64,000 bases of DNA from an uncultured Pelagibacteraceae bacterium (GTDB lineage: Bacteria > Pseudomonadota > Alphaproteobacteria > Pelagibacterales > Pelagibacteraceae): NCBI GenBank assembly GCA_902521005.1, contig CABYPZ010000002.1, forward strand, positions 33,131 through 97,130. The letters run 5' to 3'. Both the position numbers and the translations under genes were made by a program. The notes under the pieces were generated by a model. The model did not search any database. It was not told where the DNA came from and saw only the letters and a program-made list of their open reading frames with translations. Below are positions 49,071 through 63,884 of the stretch, in pieces (the first letter of the stretch is position 1; the number at the start of each line of letters is the position of its first letter).

Positions 49071-50347
49071 AGCATTTTTAGATCATTATTTTTCCAAACA
49101 ATTTTAACTTCTGCCCCACCTCTAGTTTGAGAATTTCTACAAATTAATTGAGCAGAATTTTTTTCAAGTAAAGTTTTTCCTATAAATATTCCTAAGCCCA
49201 GCCCTCTTTTTGATTTATCTGTTGACTTTGATACTTTTAAATATGGCTCTCCAATTTTAGAAAGTATATCTTTAGGATATCCTTTCCCATCGTCCTCAAT
49301 AATTATCTCGGACAACTCACTATCACTTTTAATTGTTATAAATATCTTGCTATTAGCAAACTTGTTTGCATTTCCAATAAAATTTCTAAACCCATAAACT
49401 AATTCAATTGATTTTCTAATTGGGAATGAATTAGAATTTTGCTCTACGTTAATAATAAATTTTTTAGTTGATATATCCTCAAAAGATTTAATTATTTCAT
49501 CAATGTATTCAAATAAAGATAAATCTTTATCAATAAATTCATCTTCGTAGATTGGATTTAATGTGAGTTTTCTCAAAATTTTATTACATCTTTCTACTTG
49601 GCTTACCAGTAATTCCAAATCTTTATTTAATCTTTTGTCTTCTTTGAATTCGTCGAATAATTCTTGTGAGATAATTTTTATAGTTGATAATGGTGTTCCC
49701 AAAGAATGTGCCGCAGCTGCAGCTTGGCCACCAAGTGATACTAGTTCATGTTCTTTGGCAATTACTTCTTGAATTTTATCTAAAGCCTCTTTTCTTAATC
49801 TTGATTCTTTTCCAAAAGTAATTGCAAAATAATTGAGGAATATAAGGGCAACTATTAATGATAGTGGTATTGAATAATAGTAATTTTCATCAATGCTTAA
49901 TTTTTCATTCATTGGATACGGAAGATCATACGAAAAGAATGTTAAAAAAATAATAACAAATAGAGTTATAGTTATTAATGTCAAATTTGTTCTAATACTT
50001 AGATTGGAAGATGAAAATATACTTGGAATTATTAAAAAAATTGAGAATGGATTTAAAACACCACCAGTTAAATAAAGTAAAATACTTAATTGAAAAATAT
50101 CTATTAACAAGTAAATAAATGAAGATTTATTTGATATTTGAGGGTTAATATCAAAATGATATAAATATAAATTACTTAGAATACCAAATAGAATTATTAT
50201 ATTTGAAAGCAAATATGGAAATTCAAATTCTAACAAGAATTTAACAGAATTAATTGTTATAAACTGACCAATTATAGCTATCCACCTTAAATTAATATAA
50301 GTAGATCTATCTAAATAGTAGGATTTTGAAGCTTGAATAAACTCCAT
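49067..50347 (-). CDS. regB: RegB/PrrB/ActS redox sensor histidine kinase
   Basis: LRWIAI, GGVLNPF quinone motif, [11 protein letters not shown]-box, QVERC redox Cys, DDGKG, GLGLG. Confidence 0.92.
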   Translation of the reverse strand: MEFIQASKSYYLDRSTYINLRWIAIIGQFITINSVKFLLEFEFPYLLSNIIILFGILSNLYLYHFDINPQISNKSSFIYLLIDIFQLSILLYLTGGVLNPFSIFLIIPSIFSSSNLSIRTNLTLITITLFVIIFLTFFSYDLPYPMNEKLSIDENYYYSIPLSLIVALIFLNYFAITFGKESRLRKEALDKIQEVIAKEHELVSLGGQAAAAAHSLGTPLSTIKIISQELFDEFKEDKRLNKDLELLVSQVERCNKILRKLTLNPIYEDEFIDKDLSLFEYIDEIIKSFEDISTKKFIINVEQNSNSFPIRKSIELVYGFRNFIGNANKFANSKIFITIKSDSELSEIIIEDDGKGYPKDILSKIGEPYLKVSKSTDKSKRGLGLGIFIGKTLLEKNSAQLICRNSQTRGGAEVKIVWKNNDLKML

Positions 50348-50348
50348 T

Positions 50349-52409
<2,061 letters not shown>

Positions 52410-52601
52410 TTATTTTTTTGCGGAAAATATAAATATATCATTTTTTTTCAGATTAATAAAATGAGTCTAGATAAAGACATTAAATTAGCATTGGTAAATA
52501 AGATCTATTGAGGATTAATTTAATTTTTTATTTAATTTGCAAATTTTTAAATAAATAATGAATTTTAATCATTAATTTGTTAAATAAAAAAAATCGATTC
52601 T

Positions 52602-52691
52602 TGGCGGAGAGAGTGGGATTCGAACCCACGGTACCTTTGACAGTACACACACTTTCCAAGCGTGCGCCTTAAACCACTCGGCCATCTCTCC
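52602..52691 (-). tRNA. tRNA-Ser (GGA)
   Basis: GGAGAGA/TCTCTCC acceptor, TTGGAAA anticodon loop, long variable arm, GGTTCGAATCC, GCCA. Confidence 0.96.
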
Positions 52692-52713
52692 CTAACTAAT
52701 TATATCTAAAAAA

Positions 52714-53583
52714 TTATTTATTTTCTCTATCTCTTTTTGATTTACCAGTTCTAAAGAATTTTTTTTCTATTTTTTTAAGACTTTGGTAAAAATTAAAGTT
52801 TCTTAAAAAATCCTTAAAATTTTCATTTTTTGTATTTGTCTCATTGCCAAATCCCTCTCTATCTTTGAAATTAGTTCTGTTTTTCAATTGTCTATTTATA
52901 ATTTCTTCATTTGGTCTACCATTCGAATAATAGTAAGTAGCTAGGGATTTTCTTGATCTATTATCTGGACAAGATAAAGAATCGGGGTGACCATGATTAC
53001 TGAAATCAGTTGTACCAAATACAACCATTTTATTAAATTCAGGAAGATATTTTTTTTTGCAATTTTTCATATCTTTGTCCCACAATTGTAGATGACCCCC
53101 ATAACTTTCTTCCCAATCTTTGTTTAAATAAATTAATACATTTAATCGTCTATCTAGTTCTAAGGATGGGTGGCGATTGAAATCGGTATGAATTTTTAAT
53201 AGACCACCTCTTTTAATTTCGTGGAGACCTCCTCCGTTTAAAGCTTTATCAGCAATTAACTTTTCCTTTATTGATGTTATGCTTTGGAGAAATAAAATAA
53301 ATTCATCTGAATTTAAATAATTAAAAATCAATTTAATATTTGGAGAAAAATTATTGTAATCATTATTAGCAAATTTGATTTCATTTTTATTATTATAGTT
53401 CTCTGATCTTTTTTTACTTAAATCAGGAAATTCATTTAAAACTTTGTTAAGAAATTCTTCATTAAAAAAATTTTTTAGTTCTATATTGGGAAAAGGTTCC
53501 TCATTTATGTAACTTTTTATAAGATCTTCGTAATTACCATTTAAACTTTTATAATAGTGATTTACAATTTCATTTTTAAGCAT
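52714..53583 (-). CDS. 2OG-Fe(II) oxygenase
   Basis: GGGLH, HTD, RRLNVLIYLN, GGHL, H(G)HP, RKS. Confidence 0.9.
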   Translation of the reverse strand: MLKNEIVNHYYKSLNGNYEDLIKSYINEEPFPNIELKNFFNEEFLNKVLNEFPDLSKKRSENYNNKNEIKFANNDYNNFSPNIKLIFNYLNSDEFILFLQSITSIKEKLIADKALNGGGLHEIKRGGLLKIHTDFNRHPSLELDRRLNVLIYLNKDWEESYGGHLQLWDKDMKNCKKKYLPEFNKMVVFGTTDFSNHGHPDSLSCPDNRSRKSLATYYYSNGRPNEEIINRQLKNRTNFKDREGFGNETNTKNENFKDFLRNFNFYQSLKKIEKKFFRTGKSKRDRENK

Positions 53584-53668
53584 AATTTTATATATAGAGT
53601 AATTAATTAAATTTTATTAATAATTTGTTAATTTTATCAAATAAAATAAAAAGATATATATATAAAAT

Positions 53669-54469
53669 ATGAAAATTTACGACTGTTTTGGATTTAATGA
53701 TGAAAATCATTTACTAGAAATCAGATTAAACGAACTTGACAAATATGTTGATTATTTTGTTATTGTAGAATTTGGTGAAACTCATCAGGGAAATAAAAAA
53801 ACTCAAAATATTAATAAAGATTTAATATCTAAATTTAAAAATAAAATTAGATATTATTATGTAGAAAAATTTGAAAATATTAAAGAGCCCCATGGTAGAG
53901 ATCAATTTCAAAGAAATTATTTGTCTAAAGGATTGTATGATGCTAAAAAAAATGACTTGATTTTACTTTCTGATATCGATGAAATTCCTGATTTAAAAAA
54001 AATTACAATAAACCAGATTGGTAATAATATTATTGCTTTCTCTCAAGTACATTCAATGTATAAATTAAATTTGTGTTTAAATGAAAAGTGGATCGGATCA
54101 AAAATTTGTAAATTTCAAAATTTAAAGTCATTACAATGGCTCAGAAGTTTAAGAATAAAAAAATATAGTCTTTTTAGATTAGATAAGCTGTTTTCTCCAA
54201 GGTATTCGAGAAATATAAGAATAATTGAAAATGGTGGCTGGCACTTTGGATGGTTAAGAACTTCAGAGAGTATTATTGGTAAACTAGAGTCTTATGCTCA
54301 CTCAGAACATAACACTGAATATTTTAAAAATAAGAATTTACTGGATCAGTGCATTAAGGAGCAAAAGAATTTTTTTAATAAAAATGAAACTTTAAGACTA
54401 GCAACTTTAAATGAATTGCCAAATTATATTCAAAAAAATTCTGAAAAATACAAAGATTGGCTGGCTTAA
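53669..54469 (+). CDS. Glycosyltransferase family 17 (MGAT3-like beta-1,4-GlcNAc transferase)
   Basis: IYDCF, LEIRLNEL, QRN, SDIDEIP, GWHF, YAHSE. Confidence 0.85.
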   Translation: MKIYDCFGFNDENHLLEIRLNELDKYVDYFVIVEFGETHQGNKKTQNINKDLISKFKNKIRYYYVEKFENIKEPHGRDQFQRNYLSKGLYDAKKNDLILLSDIDEIPDLKKITINQIGNNIIAFSQVHSMYKLNLCLNEKWIGSKICKFQNLKSLQWLRSLRIKKYSLFRLDKLFSPRYSRNIRIIENGGWHFGWLRTSESIIGKLESYAHSEHNTEYFKNKNLLDQCIKEQKNFFNKNETLRLATLNELPNYIQKNSEKYKDWLA

Positions 54470-57009
54470 TTTTTTAATTTAGATATAGATACAAAATTTT
54501 TTGATAAATCTTGGTTGTTCTTTTTAATTTCATCAAAAAAATTCCACGCTAACACTAGAACACATTTGGGATTACTTTTTAGTTTTTTTTTCGAAATTAT
54601 TGGTATTTTAACCCCGGGTATAAATTTTCCATGTTTCAGTTTATTATCCTCAATAATACATTCAATTTCTTTTGAAATCCCAAAAAAATTTAGAGCTGTT
54701 GTAGCTTTAGCTGGAGAACCATAACCTATAATCTTTTTATGACTATTTAATAACTTTTTTAAGTTTTTTCTAACATTTGTTTTTATTTGTAAAATTTTTT
54801 TTTCAAAATTTTTATAAGTTTTAAAATCTTTAATTCCAAACTTTTCCTCTTCTTTTAAAATTTCTTTAACACTACTTTGAATTTTTACCTTTTGATTTTT
54901 TGATATATAAACTCTCAAGGAACCCCCATGTGTATCTATTTTTTCTGCCTTATAAATTTTAGATGAAATGCTATTAAAAAAATAATTTAAAGATGTTAAA
55001 GACCAGTAATTATAATGTTCATGATAAATATTGTCAAAAGTCAAATCTTTTAGTGTTTTTAAAAGATGTTGAACCTCAATAATAATTGTGCCATTTGTCT
55101 TAACTAACTTTAGCATACAATTAGCCATATTTTTTAAATCATCCGAATGAGCAAAAACATTTGAGGCTAGAATAAGATCAGCACCCTTTTTTATTTTTTT
55201 AAGACTACTTTGATTTAAGAACGAGTTTATAGTTTTAATTTTTTTCTTATTAGATATTTTGGCTAAGTTTTTGGCAGGTTCTATACCTAAGATTTTTTTA
55301 AATTGGAGATCTTTAAAAGGTTGTAATCCAATACCATCATTACTTCCTACATCTATAATATAAGATTTTTTTGGGTTTAACTTAAATTCTTTAATATATT
55401 TATTTGCAGCTTTTTTAAAATGTTCTTTAAATGTATTTGATGTTGATGACAGATAAAAATAGTTTGAAAACATTTTTTTTGATTCTACAGCAACAGATAA
55501 CTGACAATTATGACATTTATCACAGTAGTTTATTTCTAGAGGATAGAGTTCTGTTTTTTGATCTTTTTTTGATAATAAATTATTTGCAAGAGGTTGATAT
55601 CCCAAAGAAATAACTCTTTTGAGTTTTGTATTGCCACAACACCTACAATTAAATTTATAACAACTTAGTAATAAGTTTTTTTCTTCTTCATCAACGAGAG
55701 TATGTCTTATAGTGTGGGTAATCCCATAATTTTCATGCTCTCTTTCACCTCTAACCAAATTTAAAAAAATTGTATCTTTTGAAAACACCATGGTATGTGC
55801 AACATTAGGTTTAATTATAGACTGTTGACCTTCATTAACCACCTGTGTGATTTTTGGTGAGCCAGGATTTAACAAATCTTGGAATACTTCAATTATTTGA
55901 CCTTTAATAAAAAGACATTTTTGTTCCTGCTGTGGATGAAAGTGATTAGCTCTCACAGTTCCTTTTTTTGAGTCAATTAATCCTATCATATTTATTGGTT
56001 CTGTGAGTTCGTGATTGCTAATTTTTCCTCTTGAGTCTTTATACTCATTTTGACCATCTACAACGTATTCTAATTCTTTTGTAATATTTTGCTCTGACCA
56101 TTTAACAATCATTTCTTTTATGCTTTCTTCAAGGTTATAAAGAAATTTAAAGCCTGTATTTAAAATTTTTTTATTTGATAAAGAAAATCCTAAGTTAGGA
56201 ATTTCATCATTTGTCTCTTTAAGCTGTACTCTTGGATTAAATTTTTTACAAATTTCAGCTACTTGTTTTACTGTCACTGTATCTTTTGTAAAATTATACA
56301 ATTCATTATTTATTTCTTCTCTTTCCTCCATAAATTTAAAACATCTCGCTACATCAATTAATGGAACAAGACTTTTTAATTGCCTTCCACCTCCAAATAA
56401 TTTTAACATCCCATTTTGAGAAGCCATTTTTGAAAAAAAATTTGCCATTATATCTATTCTTGCAGTATCAGTAGAATATCCGTAGACTGATCCTAATCTT
56501 ATAATGATGAATTTTTTACCTGAATTTTTAAGCTGTTTTTCATTATAGTCTTTAGATTTTCCATAAGCAAGAACTGGACAAGTCTCCTCATTTTCTAAAA
56601 TATCTTTTCTTACTTCATTAATACCTTCATAAACCACGTGCGTAGAAGGCATGATAATTTTACAATCATCATTGATTACATCTAAAATATTCTGAGTCCC
56701 CTCTTCAGCAACAATCTTAATTTTTTTTTCTTTTTCAACACTTGCCTCACTTTTTACTCTTGGGACATCAGTAATACCTGCTAAATGATGAACTATATCT
56801 GCATCATGGCAATATTTTTTAATTAATTCCTTATCTAAAATATCACCATGAATAAACTCCATGTTCCATTTTCTGAGTTGATTGACTCTTTCCGAGATAA
56901 ATCTGTTATCAATAACTATAACTTTATCATTCCAACTATATCCAGAATATATCTTACATAACTCAGAACCAATGTAACCTAAACCACCAGTTATAATTAT
57001 TTTTTTCAT
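54466..57009 (-). CDS. Three-domain NDP-sugar enzyme: SDR epimerase/reductase + cupin + SAM C-methyltransferase
   Basis: TGGLGYIG/YGKSK; DSRG...RANHFH cupin; CRCCG...QPLAN...CDKC Zn site, DVGSNDG, YHEH, HGGSLR, YGSPAK, LAWN. Confidence 0.85.
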   Translation of the reverse strand: MKKIIITGGLGYIGSELCKIYSGYSWNDKVIVIDNRFISERVNQLRKWNMEFIHGDILDKELIKKYCHDADIVHHLAGITDVPRVKSEASVEKEKKIKIVAEEGTQNILDVINDDCKIIMPSTHVVYEGINEVRKDILENEETCPVLAYGKSKDYNEKQLKNSGKKFIIIRLGSVYGYSTDTARIDIMANFFSKMASQNGMLKLFGGGRQLKSLVPLIDVARCFKFMEEREEINNELYNFTKDTVTVKQVAEICKKFNPRVQLKETNDEIPNLGFSLSNKKILNTGFKFLYNLEESIKEMIVKWSEQNITKELEYVVDGQNEYKDSRGKISNHELTEPINMIGLIDSKKGTVRANHFHPQQEQKCLFIKGQIIEVFQDLLNPGSPKITQVVNEGQQSIIKPNVAHTMVFSKDTIFLNLVRGEREHENYGITHTIRHTLVDEEEKNLLLSCYKFNCRCCGNTKLKRVISLGYQPLANNLLSKKDQKTELYPLEINYCDKCHNCQLSVAVESKKMFSNYFYLSSTSNTFKEHFKKAANKYIKEFKLNPKKSYIIDVGSNDGIGLQPFKDLQFKKILGIEPAKNLAKISNKKKIKTINSFLNQSSLKKIKKGADLILASNVFAHSDDLKNMANCMLKLVKTNGTIIIEVQHLLKTLKDLTFDNIYHEHYNYWSLTSLNYFFNSISSKIYKAEKIDTHGGSLRVYISKNQKVKIQSSVKEILKEEEKFGIKDFKTYKNFEKKILQIKTNVRKNLKKLLNSHKKIIGYGSPAKATTALNFFGISKEIECIIEDNKLKHGKFIPGVKIPIISKKKLKSNPKCVLVLAWNFFDEIKKNNQDLSKNFVSISKLKN

Positions 57010-57068
57010 GAGTAATGTGAATTATCATATTTATATTTATTTTCATAGAATATATATATTGTATTATT

Positions 57069-57941
57069 ATGAAAATTTTAGTTGTTTCGCCCTATAGAGG
57101 GATTGGAGATTTAATATTTCATTTACCATTGCTAAGATTTTTAAAAAAAAAATATAAAACAAAAATTAATTTAATTACAGTTCATAATTCAAAAGCAAAG
57201 ATTATTTTAAAAGGTGAAAATTTAGTATCAAAAATTGTGTATGGTAATTTTAATAGACAAAAAGTTTTACAAAAAGTATTGGGTCTTAAAAATGAAATTA
57301 ATAAATTTAATTCAGATCTAACGGTTTTATCTGCTTCGAGTAAAAGATTAAAAGCATCTTTATTTTTATCAAATGCAAATACTAAATTAAGTTTTTCTAA
57401 ATCAAAAGAAAAAGATTTATCAAAATACATATACAACGAAACGAAAAAAAAATTTAATTTAAAAAAATTAGAAAAGAATTATAAATTGAATTCAAAAATT
57501 GTTTCTAATAAAAATAAAAAAATTTTTTTAAATATTGACTCATTTCATAATCAAAATAATTGGGGAGAACAAAATTATATAAATTTAATTAATAAGATAG
57601 CTATTAATAAAAATAAGTTATTTATAAATTTTTCTCCAAGAAATAAGAAAAAATTTCTATCTATTATGCTCAAGATGAAAAAAAAAACCAATATAGTTTT
57701 TACATATAATAAAAATTTTAAATCTGTATTAGAAATAATTCGAAACTGTAATTATGTAATAGGTAATGAGTCTGGCCCTATATGTTTGGGTGCTGCTCTT
57801 AGAAAGAAAGTTTTAAGTATTTACAATCCAAAAACTACTCCAAAATCAAGCAAAACTATTTATAATAAGGTTGGTTTTATAAATTCTACAAAAGTAAAAA
57901 ATACTTTAATACTAAATAAAATAATAACGTTTATAAATTAA
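57069..57941 (+). CDS. Glycosyltransferase family 9 (heptosyltransferase-like)
   Basis: GIGDLIF, W, GNESGP..LGAAL. Confidence 0.8.
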   Translation: MKILVVSPYRGIGDLIFHLPLLRFLKKKYKTKINLITVHNSKAKIILKGENLVSKIVYGNFNRQKVLQKVLGLKNEINKFNSDLTVLSASSKRLKASLFLSNANTKLSFSKSKEKDLSKYIYNETKKKFNLKKLEKNYKLNSKIVSNKNKKIFLNIDSFHNQNNWGEQNYINLINKIAINKNKLFINFSPRNKKKFLSIMLKMKKKTNIVFTYNKNFKSVLEIIRNCNYVIGNESGPICLGAALRKKVLSIYNPKTTPKSSKTIYNKVGFINSTKVKNTLILNKIITFIN

Positions 57942-59749
57942 ATATCTTTATTTATTTTTAAGACTCCAATAAAAGCTTCCTGAGGAATTTCTACTCTACC
58001 AAACTGTTTGGATTTTGCTTTTCCTTTTCTTTGCTTATCAAGAAGTTTTCTTTTTCTATCTCTTGCACCTCCTCCATGAATTTTAGTCAATACATCCTTT
58101 TTAAAACCCTTGATTGTTTCTCTAGCAATTATTTTTCCACCTATAGCTGCTTGGACTGGTATCATAAAGTTATGTCTAGGAATTAAATCTTTTAATTTTT
58201 CACAAACTTCTCTTCCTATGGATTGAGCAAAATCTTTATGGACCATCATGGCAAGTGCGTCTACTGTTTCCGTATTTACTAATATTGATAGCTTGACTAA
58301 ATCACCCTCTTTGTGGCCTAAAATTTCATAATCAAAACTTGCATAGCCACTCGTCATAGATTTTAATCTATCATTAAAATCAAAAACAACTTCATTTAAA
58401 GGTAATTCATAACTTAATACTGCCCTATTTCCTGAGTACGTTAAATTTTTTTGAATTCCTCTCTTATCCTGACAAATTTTTATAATCGAACCCAAATATT
58501 GATCTGGGGTAATTATTGTTGCTTTAATCCACGGTTCCTCAATTAATTTTATATATGTTGGATCTGGTAAACTAGATGGATTTTGTAGATCAATTATTTC
58601 TCCTTTGTTTAGATGAACTTTGTAAACAACACCAGGAGTGGTAGTTAGTAAATTAATATCAAATTCTCTTTCTAATCTTTCTGTAATTATCTCTAGGTGC
58701 AATAAACCAAGAAAACCACACCGAAAACCAAGACCGAGCGCAGAAGAGGACTCTGCTTCATATGAAAAACTAGCATCATTTAATTGAAGTTTTGCTAAAC
58801 CATCTTTTAATTTTTGATATTCAGAACTATCCACAGGGAATAGACCGCAAAAAACTACTGGTTTGCTTGGTTTAAAGCCTGGCAAAGCATCTACTCCGGG
58901 ATGTTCAGCATCACAAATTGTATCACCTACTTTTGTATCAGATAAATTTTTGATACCGGTAGTTATAAAGCCAATTTCACCAGAGTTTAACTCGTTTATA
59001 TCTTTTGCTTTTGGAGTGAAGACTCCAACTTTTTCCACAACATATTCTTGGTTTGTTGAAATCATTTTAATTTTCATGTTCTTAATGATTTTTCCATTTA
59101 TAATCCTAACTAGTATTACAACACCTAAATATGAGTCGTACCAGCTATCTACAAGTAAACATTTAAGATTTTCTTTTTTTTCACCTTTTGGTGGGGGTAA
59201 AATTTTGACTATACTTTCTAAAATTTCATCAATTCCCTCACCTGTTTTTCCAGAACATGCGACAGCATTTGAAGTATCTATTCCTATTACATCTTCAATT
59301 TGTTTTTTCGTTCTTTCAGTTTCTGAGGCTGGTAAATCTATTTTATTTAAGATTGGTATAATTTCATGGTCAATATCTAGTGCCTGATAAACATTGGCAA
59401 GTGTTTGGGCTTCAACACCTTGTGTACTATCTACAATCAAAATGGATCCTTCACATGCGTAAAGAGATCTACTCACTTCATAACTAAAATCAACATGTCC
59501 AGGAGTATCAATTATATTAAGAATATATTCTTTACCATTTTTTGACTTATAATTTAATTTTACTGTTTGAGCTTTTATTGTAATACCTCTTTCCCTTTCA
59601 ATATCCATTGAGTCTAATACTTGTGCTTTCATCTCTCTTTCTGTTAAACCACCACAACGATGTATAATTCTGTCAGCTATAGTAGATTTGCCATGATCTA
59701 TATGCGCAATTATTGCAAAGTTTCTGATATTATCAATTGTAGATGACAT
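57938..59749 (-). CDS. lepA: Elongation factor 4 (start refined to MSSTID)
   Basis: [40 protein letters not shown]. Confidence 0.97.
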   Translation of the reverse strand: MSSTIDNIRNFAIIAHIDHGKSTIADRIIHRCGGLTEREMKAQVLDSMDIERERGITIKAQTVKLNYKSKNGKEYILNIIDTPGHVDFSYEVSRSLYACEGSILIVDSTQGVEAQTLANVYQALDIDHEIIPILNKIDLPASETERTKKQIEDVIGIDTSNAVACSGKTGEGIDEILESIVKILPPPKGEKKENLKCLLVDSWYDSYLGVVILVRIINGKIIKNMKIKMISTNQEYVVEKVGVFTPKAKDINELNSGEIGFITTGIKNLSDTKVGDTICDAEHPGVDALPGFKPSKPVVFCGLFPVDSSEYQKLKDGLAKLQLNDASFSYEAESSSALGLGFRCGFLGLLHLEIITERLEREFDINLLTTTPGVVYKVHLNKGEIIDLQNPSSLPDPTYIKLIEEPWIKATIITPDQYLGSIIKICQDKRGIQKNLTYSGNRAVLSYELPLNEVVFDFNDRLKSMTSGYASFDYEILGHKEGDLVKLSILVNTETVDALAMMVHKDFAQSIGREVCEKLKDLIPRHNFMIPVQAAIGGKIIARETIKGFKKDVLTKIHGGGARDRKRKLLDKQRKGKAKSKQFGRVEIPQEAFIGVLKINKDI

Positions 59750-59750
59750 T

Positions 59751-62159
59751 TTAAGATCTAATTTTTGCACCAGATCTTTTTTCTACCTCAGAGATTATAA
59801 GATTACTTATATTATCTAAATCATTTTCTTTAAGTGCCTTATCTGATGATTGTATATTTACATTTAGTGCTATAGATTTTTTATCTAGTGGAATATTTGC
59901 TCCCTCATAAACATCAAAAACATTTACTGATTTAATTAAATTTTTATCTACAGATGAAATTATATTTACTAAATCCTGAACTTTAATTTTTTTATCAACA
60001 ATAAATGCAAAATCTCTTTCAGATTTTTGATAGTCAGAATATTGGAAAGATGATTTTCTCTCTCTAAGTTTTCTTGTTGTATCATTTATATGATCTAAAT
60101 AAATTTCAAAACAAACCAAACTATCAGTGTTAATTTCAAGGTTTTTAATAATATTTGGATGAATTTCTCCAAAAAATGCAATGGGATTTTTATCAGTTTT
60201 GCTTAAATAAACTTTTCCAGATTTTCCTGGATGATAATATGATGGTGTTTCATCCACAAAATAAAGTTTTTCTTTGTTAAATCCAGCCTCAACTAAAGTT
60301 TGCACCAGATCTCTTTTGGAGTCATAAACATCTATATTTCTGTCCTTTTCCAGCCAATTTGATCTTATAGCTTTTCCAGACCGTAAAGCACCTATGACCG
60401 TTAATTGCTCGCCAGGTTCTTTTCCATAAAAAGTTGGACCAATTTCAAATAATGATATGTCTCTAAAACCTCTATCTATATTTTTTTTTAAATAAAAAAC
60501 TAAATTTGGGAAAATAGAACTTCTGAGAACGTTTAGATCAGAACTAATAGGGTTAATAATATTTATTTGATGTTTATTCTCTCTAAAATAATTATTAATT
60601 TTTTCATCAGTAAAAGACCAGGTAACTGTTTCAACATAACCTTTTGAAGCTACTGATCTTTGCAAAAAATGGAACAGTTTTTGAGTTTTATTTAAAGTCG
60701 GTTTTAATCTAGTTTTTTCTGGGTCTATAGTTTTAATATGGTCATAGCCTTTAATTCTTACTATTTCTTCAACAATATCTATAGGTTGAGTTATATCTGG
60801 TCTCCAGGAAGGTATTTCTAAACTAATTATATTTTTTTTTAATTTAGTTCCAAATCCAAGATCGCTTAAAATTTTTATTATTTCTTTTGTTTTAATTTCA
60901 AAACCCGTAATTCTATCAAACAAATGAATTTCAAATTTGATATTATTATTTTTAAAGTTTTTTATTTTTTGGTTATTAAATCTACTAATTTTTCCCCCAC
61001 AAATTTGTTGAATGAGTTTAGCAGCTTTTTCTATACCGTCTAAATTTGATTGAGGATCTATCCCTCTTTCAAATCTAAATTTTGCGTCTGTTTCTATGTT
61101 TAACTTTTTAGAAGTCTTTCTGATTGAACTTGGGTCAAAATATGCTGATTCTAATAGTATATTTTTAGTATACTCTTCTGTTCCAGAACGAGTTCCACCT
61201 ATGATACCACCTAAACCCAGAACTCCAGATCTATCTGATATTACACACATATCTTTTTCAAGAGTATATTTTTTGTTATCAAGTGCTTCAAATGACTCAC
61301 CTTCTTTTGAATTTCTGACTATAATTTCCTTATCAATTTTATCTGCATCATATGCATGCAATGGTCTATTAAGATCTATCATCACATAGTTTGTGATATC
61401 AACTACTGCTGATATTGGTTTTTGTCCAAGCGATATAATTTTATTTTTTAACCATTGTGGACTTTCTACGTTCTTAATACCTTTTATAAGACAACTTCCA
61501 AAGGAATTGCATCCTTGATACTTCTCTTTTTTTATCGAAACTTTTATGTCTTGAGATCCATCTGATTTCAATTTTTTATAATTAATTTTTTTTAATTTTC
61601 CATACCCTGCTGCGGCTAGATCTCTTGCAACACCTCTTACGCCTAAACAATCTGGTCTGTTAGGAGTAATAGATAAATCTAGTATTTTAGGACTATTATT
61701 TTTAAAATATTTATTACCAATTTTATTTTGGTATTTTTTTGAAGAAAGTTCGATTATTCCATCACTTTCATTTGAAATATTTAATTCAGACTCTGAACAT
61801 AACATTCCATGAGATGTTACACCTCTTATTTTACTTATAGATAATTTCATTTTATTTTTTGGAATAATAGTTCCTGGGGAAGCATAAATTGTTATAAGAT
61901 CTTTCTTTGCATTAGGAGCACCACAAACTACTTTGATTGTATTTTTTTGTCCTATATCAACGTCACATACTTTTAGTCTATCTGCATTAGGATGTTGCTC
62001 AGCACTAACTATTTTGGCGACTTTGAAATTATCAAACTCGCTTGAAATACTTTCAAAACTTTCTACTTCAAGCCCTATAAAAGTTAATTTTTCAATAATC
62101 TTTTCATCACTAAGTTTGGTATCTAGATGTTCTTTCAACCATTGAATTGTAAATTTCAT
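59751..62159 (-). CDS. pheT: Phenylalanyl-tRNA synthetase beta
   Basis: HPNADRL, VCGAPN, TPNRPD, RFERG, PSWRPD, FDX-ACB C-terminus. Confidence 0.97.
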   Translation of the reverse strand: MKFTIQWLKEHLDTKLSDEKIIEKLTFIGLEVESFESISSEFDNFKVAKIVSAEQHPNADRLKVCDVDIGQKNTIKVVCGAPNAKKDLITIYASPGTIIPKNKMKLSISKIRGVTSHGMLCSESELNISNESDGIIELSSKKYQNKIGNKYFKNNSPKILDLSITPNRPDCLGVRGVARDLAAAGYGKLKKINYKKLKSDGSQDIKVSIKKEKYQGCNSFGSCLIKGIKNVESPQWLKNKIISLGQKPISAVVDITNYVMIDLNRPLHAYDADKIDKEIIVRNSKEGESFEALDNKKYTLEKDMCVISDRSGVLGLGGIIGGTRSGTEEYTKNILLESAYFDPSSIRKTSKKLNIETDAKFRFERGIDPQSNLDGIEKAAKLIQQICGGKISRFNNQKIKNFKNNNIKFEIHLFDRITGFEIKTKEIIKILSDLGFGTKLKKNIISLEIPSWRPDITQPIDIVEEIVRIKGYDHIKTIDPEKTRLKPTLNKTQKLFHFLQRSVASKGYVETVTWSFTDEKINNYFRENKHQINIINPISSDLNVLRSSIFPNLVFYLKKNIDRGFRDISLFEIGPTFYGKEPGEQLTVIGALRSGKAIRSNWLEKDRNIDVYDSKRDLVQTLVEAGFNKEKLYFVDETPSYYHPGKSGKVYLSKTDKNPIAFFGEIHPNIIKNLEINTDSLVCFEIYLDHINDTTRKLRERKSSFQYSDYQKSERDFAFIVDKKIKVQDLVNIISSVDKNLIKSVNVFDVYEGANIPLDKKSIALNVNIQSSDKALKENDLDNISNLIISEVEKRSGAKIRS

Positions 62160-63223
62160 CTACTTAAACCTCTATAATTTGAGGGTACATCTAAAGGATC
62201 AAAGCCAAAATGATTTAACCATCTATAATCAGTCTCAAAAAAAGCTCTTAGATCATTAATTCCATATTTTAACATACCCAATCGATCTATACCTATACCA
62301 AATGCATAACCCTGATATTTTTTTGGATCCACTTTTACATTTTTTAAAACATTTGGATGAACCATCCCACAACCTAAAATTTCTAACCACTTATCTCCTT
62401 CCCCAATTACTATGTTTCCATCTTTTATTTCATATCCAATATCAACTTCAGCAGATGGTTCGGTAAATGGAAAATGACTTGGTCTAAATCTCATCTTAAT
62501 TTTTTTTACTTCAAAAAATTCTTTAATAAAATAGTTCAGACAGCCTTTTAAATGCCCCATATTTATATTTTTATCTATATGTAAGCCTTCAACTTGGTGA
62601 AACATTGGTGCATGCGTTTGATCACTATCAGATCTATAGGTTCTTCCCGGTGCAATTATTTTAAATGGGGGTTTGCCATTGTTCATAGTTCTTACTTGAA
62701 CAGGTGAAGTATGGGTTCTTAAAAGATATTCTTTTTTTTTATCGAGATAAAAAGTATCATGCATGTCTCTTGCAGGGTGATTATCTGGTGTATTTAATGC
62801 AGTAAAATTATTGTATTCATTTTCTACATCTGGCCCTTCCTCAACACTAAAACCTATTTCTGAAAATATTGAAGAAATTTCGTCAATGACTTGAGAAACT
62901 GGATGGACTTTTCCTTGATTAAAATTTCTTTCAGGTAGAGTAATATCCAATTTTTCGTTTTGAAGTTTTGAATTTATTTCTTTTGCTTCTATTGTTTTAA
63001 AACCTTTATTTAGTGCAATTTGAAGTTCATCTTTTATTAAATTTAGATTAGTCGCAAACTGTTTTTTTTCATTTGCAGAAATAGAACCAATCTTTTTAAA
63101 CTCTAATGCAATAATTCCATTTTTTCCAAATAACTCTGATTTAATTTGATTGAGATTATCTAAATTATGATTATTGTTTATTTTAGCTAAGTATTCATCT
63201 TTAATTTTTTTAATATCTGACAT
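62156..63223 (-). CDS. pheS: Phenylalanyl-tRNA synthetase alpha
   Basis: [30 protein letters not shown]. Confidence 0.97.
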   Translation of the reverse strand: MSDIKKIKDEYLAKINNNHNLDNLNQIKSELFGKNGIIALEFKKIGSISANEKKQFATNLNLIKDELQIALNKGFKTIEAKEINSKLQNEKLDITLPERNFNQGKVHPVSQVIDEISSIFSEIGFSVEEGPDVENEYNNFTALNTPDNHPARDMHDTFYLDKKKEYLLRTHTSPVQVRTMNNGKPPFKIIAPGRTYRSDSDQTHAPMFHQVEGLHIDKNINMGHLKGCLNYFIKEFFEVKKIKMRFRPSHFPFTEPSAEVDIGYEIKDGNIVIGEGDKWLEILGCGMVHPNVLKNVKVDPKKYQGYAFGIGIDRLGMLKYGINDLRAFFETDYRWLNHFGFDPLDVPSNYRGLSR

Positions 63224-63266
63224 TTCTGTAGATTATTTGTTAACTTGAGAAAAACAATAGTGAAGA

Positions 63267-63623
63267 TTAATTCAGTGCAGCTTGTGCTTTTTTTACTATA
63301 GTTTTAAATGCCTCTGGGCTATCGTATGCTATTTCAGCTAGAATTTTCCTATCTAATTTTATACCAGATTTATTTAAACCATTGATAAATTTTGAATATG
63401 TTAAACCCTCAGATCTAACACCTGCATTTATTCTTTGTATCCATAAAGATTTAATATCTCTTTTTTTATTTCTTCTATCTCTATAAGCATATTGCATTGC
63501 TTTTTCCATAGCCTGACGAGCAACTCTAATTGTATTTTTTCTTCTTCCCCACTGGCCCTTGACAGCCTTTAAAACTTTTTTATGTTTAGCTCTACTTGTT
63601 ACTCCTCTTTTCACTCTAGCCAT
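63267..63623 (-). CDS. rplT: 50S ribosomal protein L20
   Basis: [21 protein letters not shown]. Confidence 0.98.
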   Translation of the reverse strand: MARVKRGVTSRAKHKKVLKAVKGQWGRRKNTIRVARQAMEKAMQYAYRDRRNKKRDIKSLWIQRINAGVRSEGLTYSKFINGLNKSGIKLDRKILAEIAYDSPEAFKTIVKKAQAALN

Positions 63624-63624
63624 T

Positions 63625-63831
63625 TTATCCTCTTAAATTGTAAGGCATATAAGATTTTACAATCTTGCTGTCTTGTTTAGACATTATTGTTGTGCCTCTT
63701 TGTTTTCTAATTTGCGAATTTGTTCTTTTAATCATACCATGCCTTTTACCAGCCTGAGCCATAACCACTTTGCCTTTAGATGTAATTTTAAACCTTTTTT
63801 TTGCGGAGCTTTTTGTTTTTAGTTTTGGCAT
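63625..63831 (-). CDS. rpmI: 50S ribosomal protein L35
   Basis: [14 protein letters not shown]. Confidence 0.97.
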   Translation of the reverse strand: MPKLKTKSSAKKRFKITSKGKVVMAQAGKRHGMIKRTNSQIRKQRGTTIMSKQDSKIVKSYMPYNLRG

Positions 63832-63884
63832 AATTGAAAGGGGTTATACAAATATTAATATTATTTTACAACTACAAATATCGA

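Noticed and set aside
63224-63266. pheM-like attenuator before pheS
   Set aside because: The spacer is only 43 bp, with no Phe-rich leader ORF or terminator.
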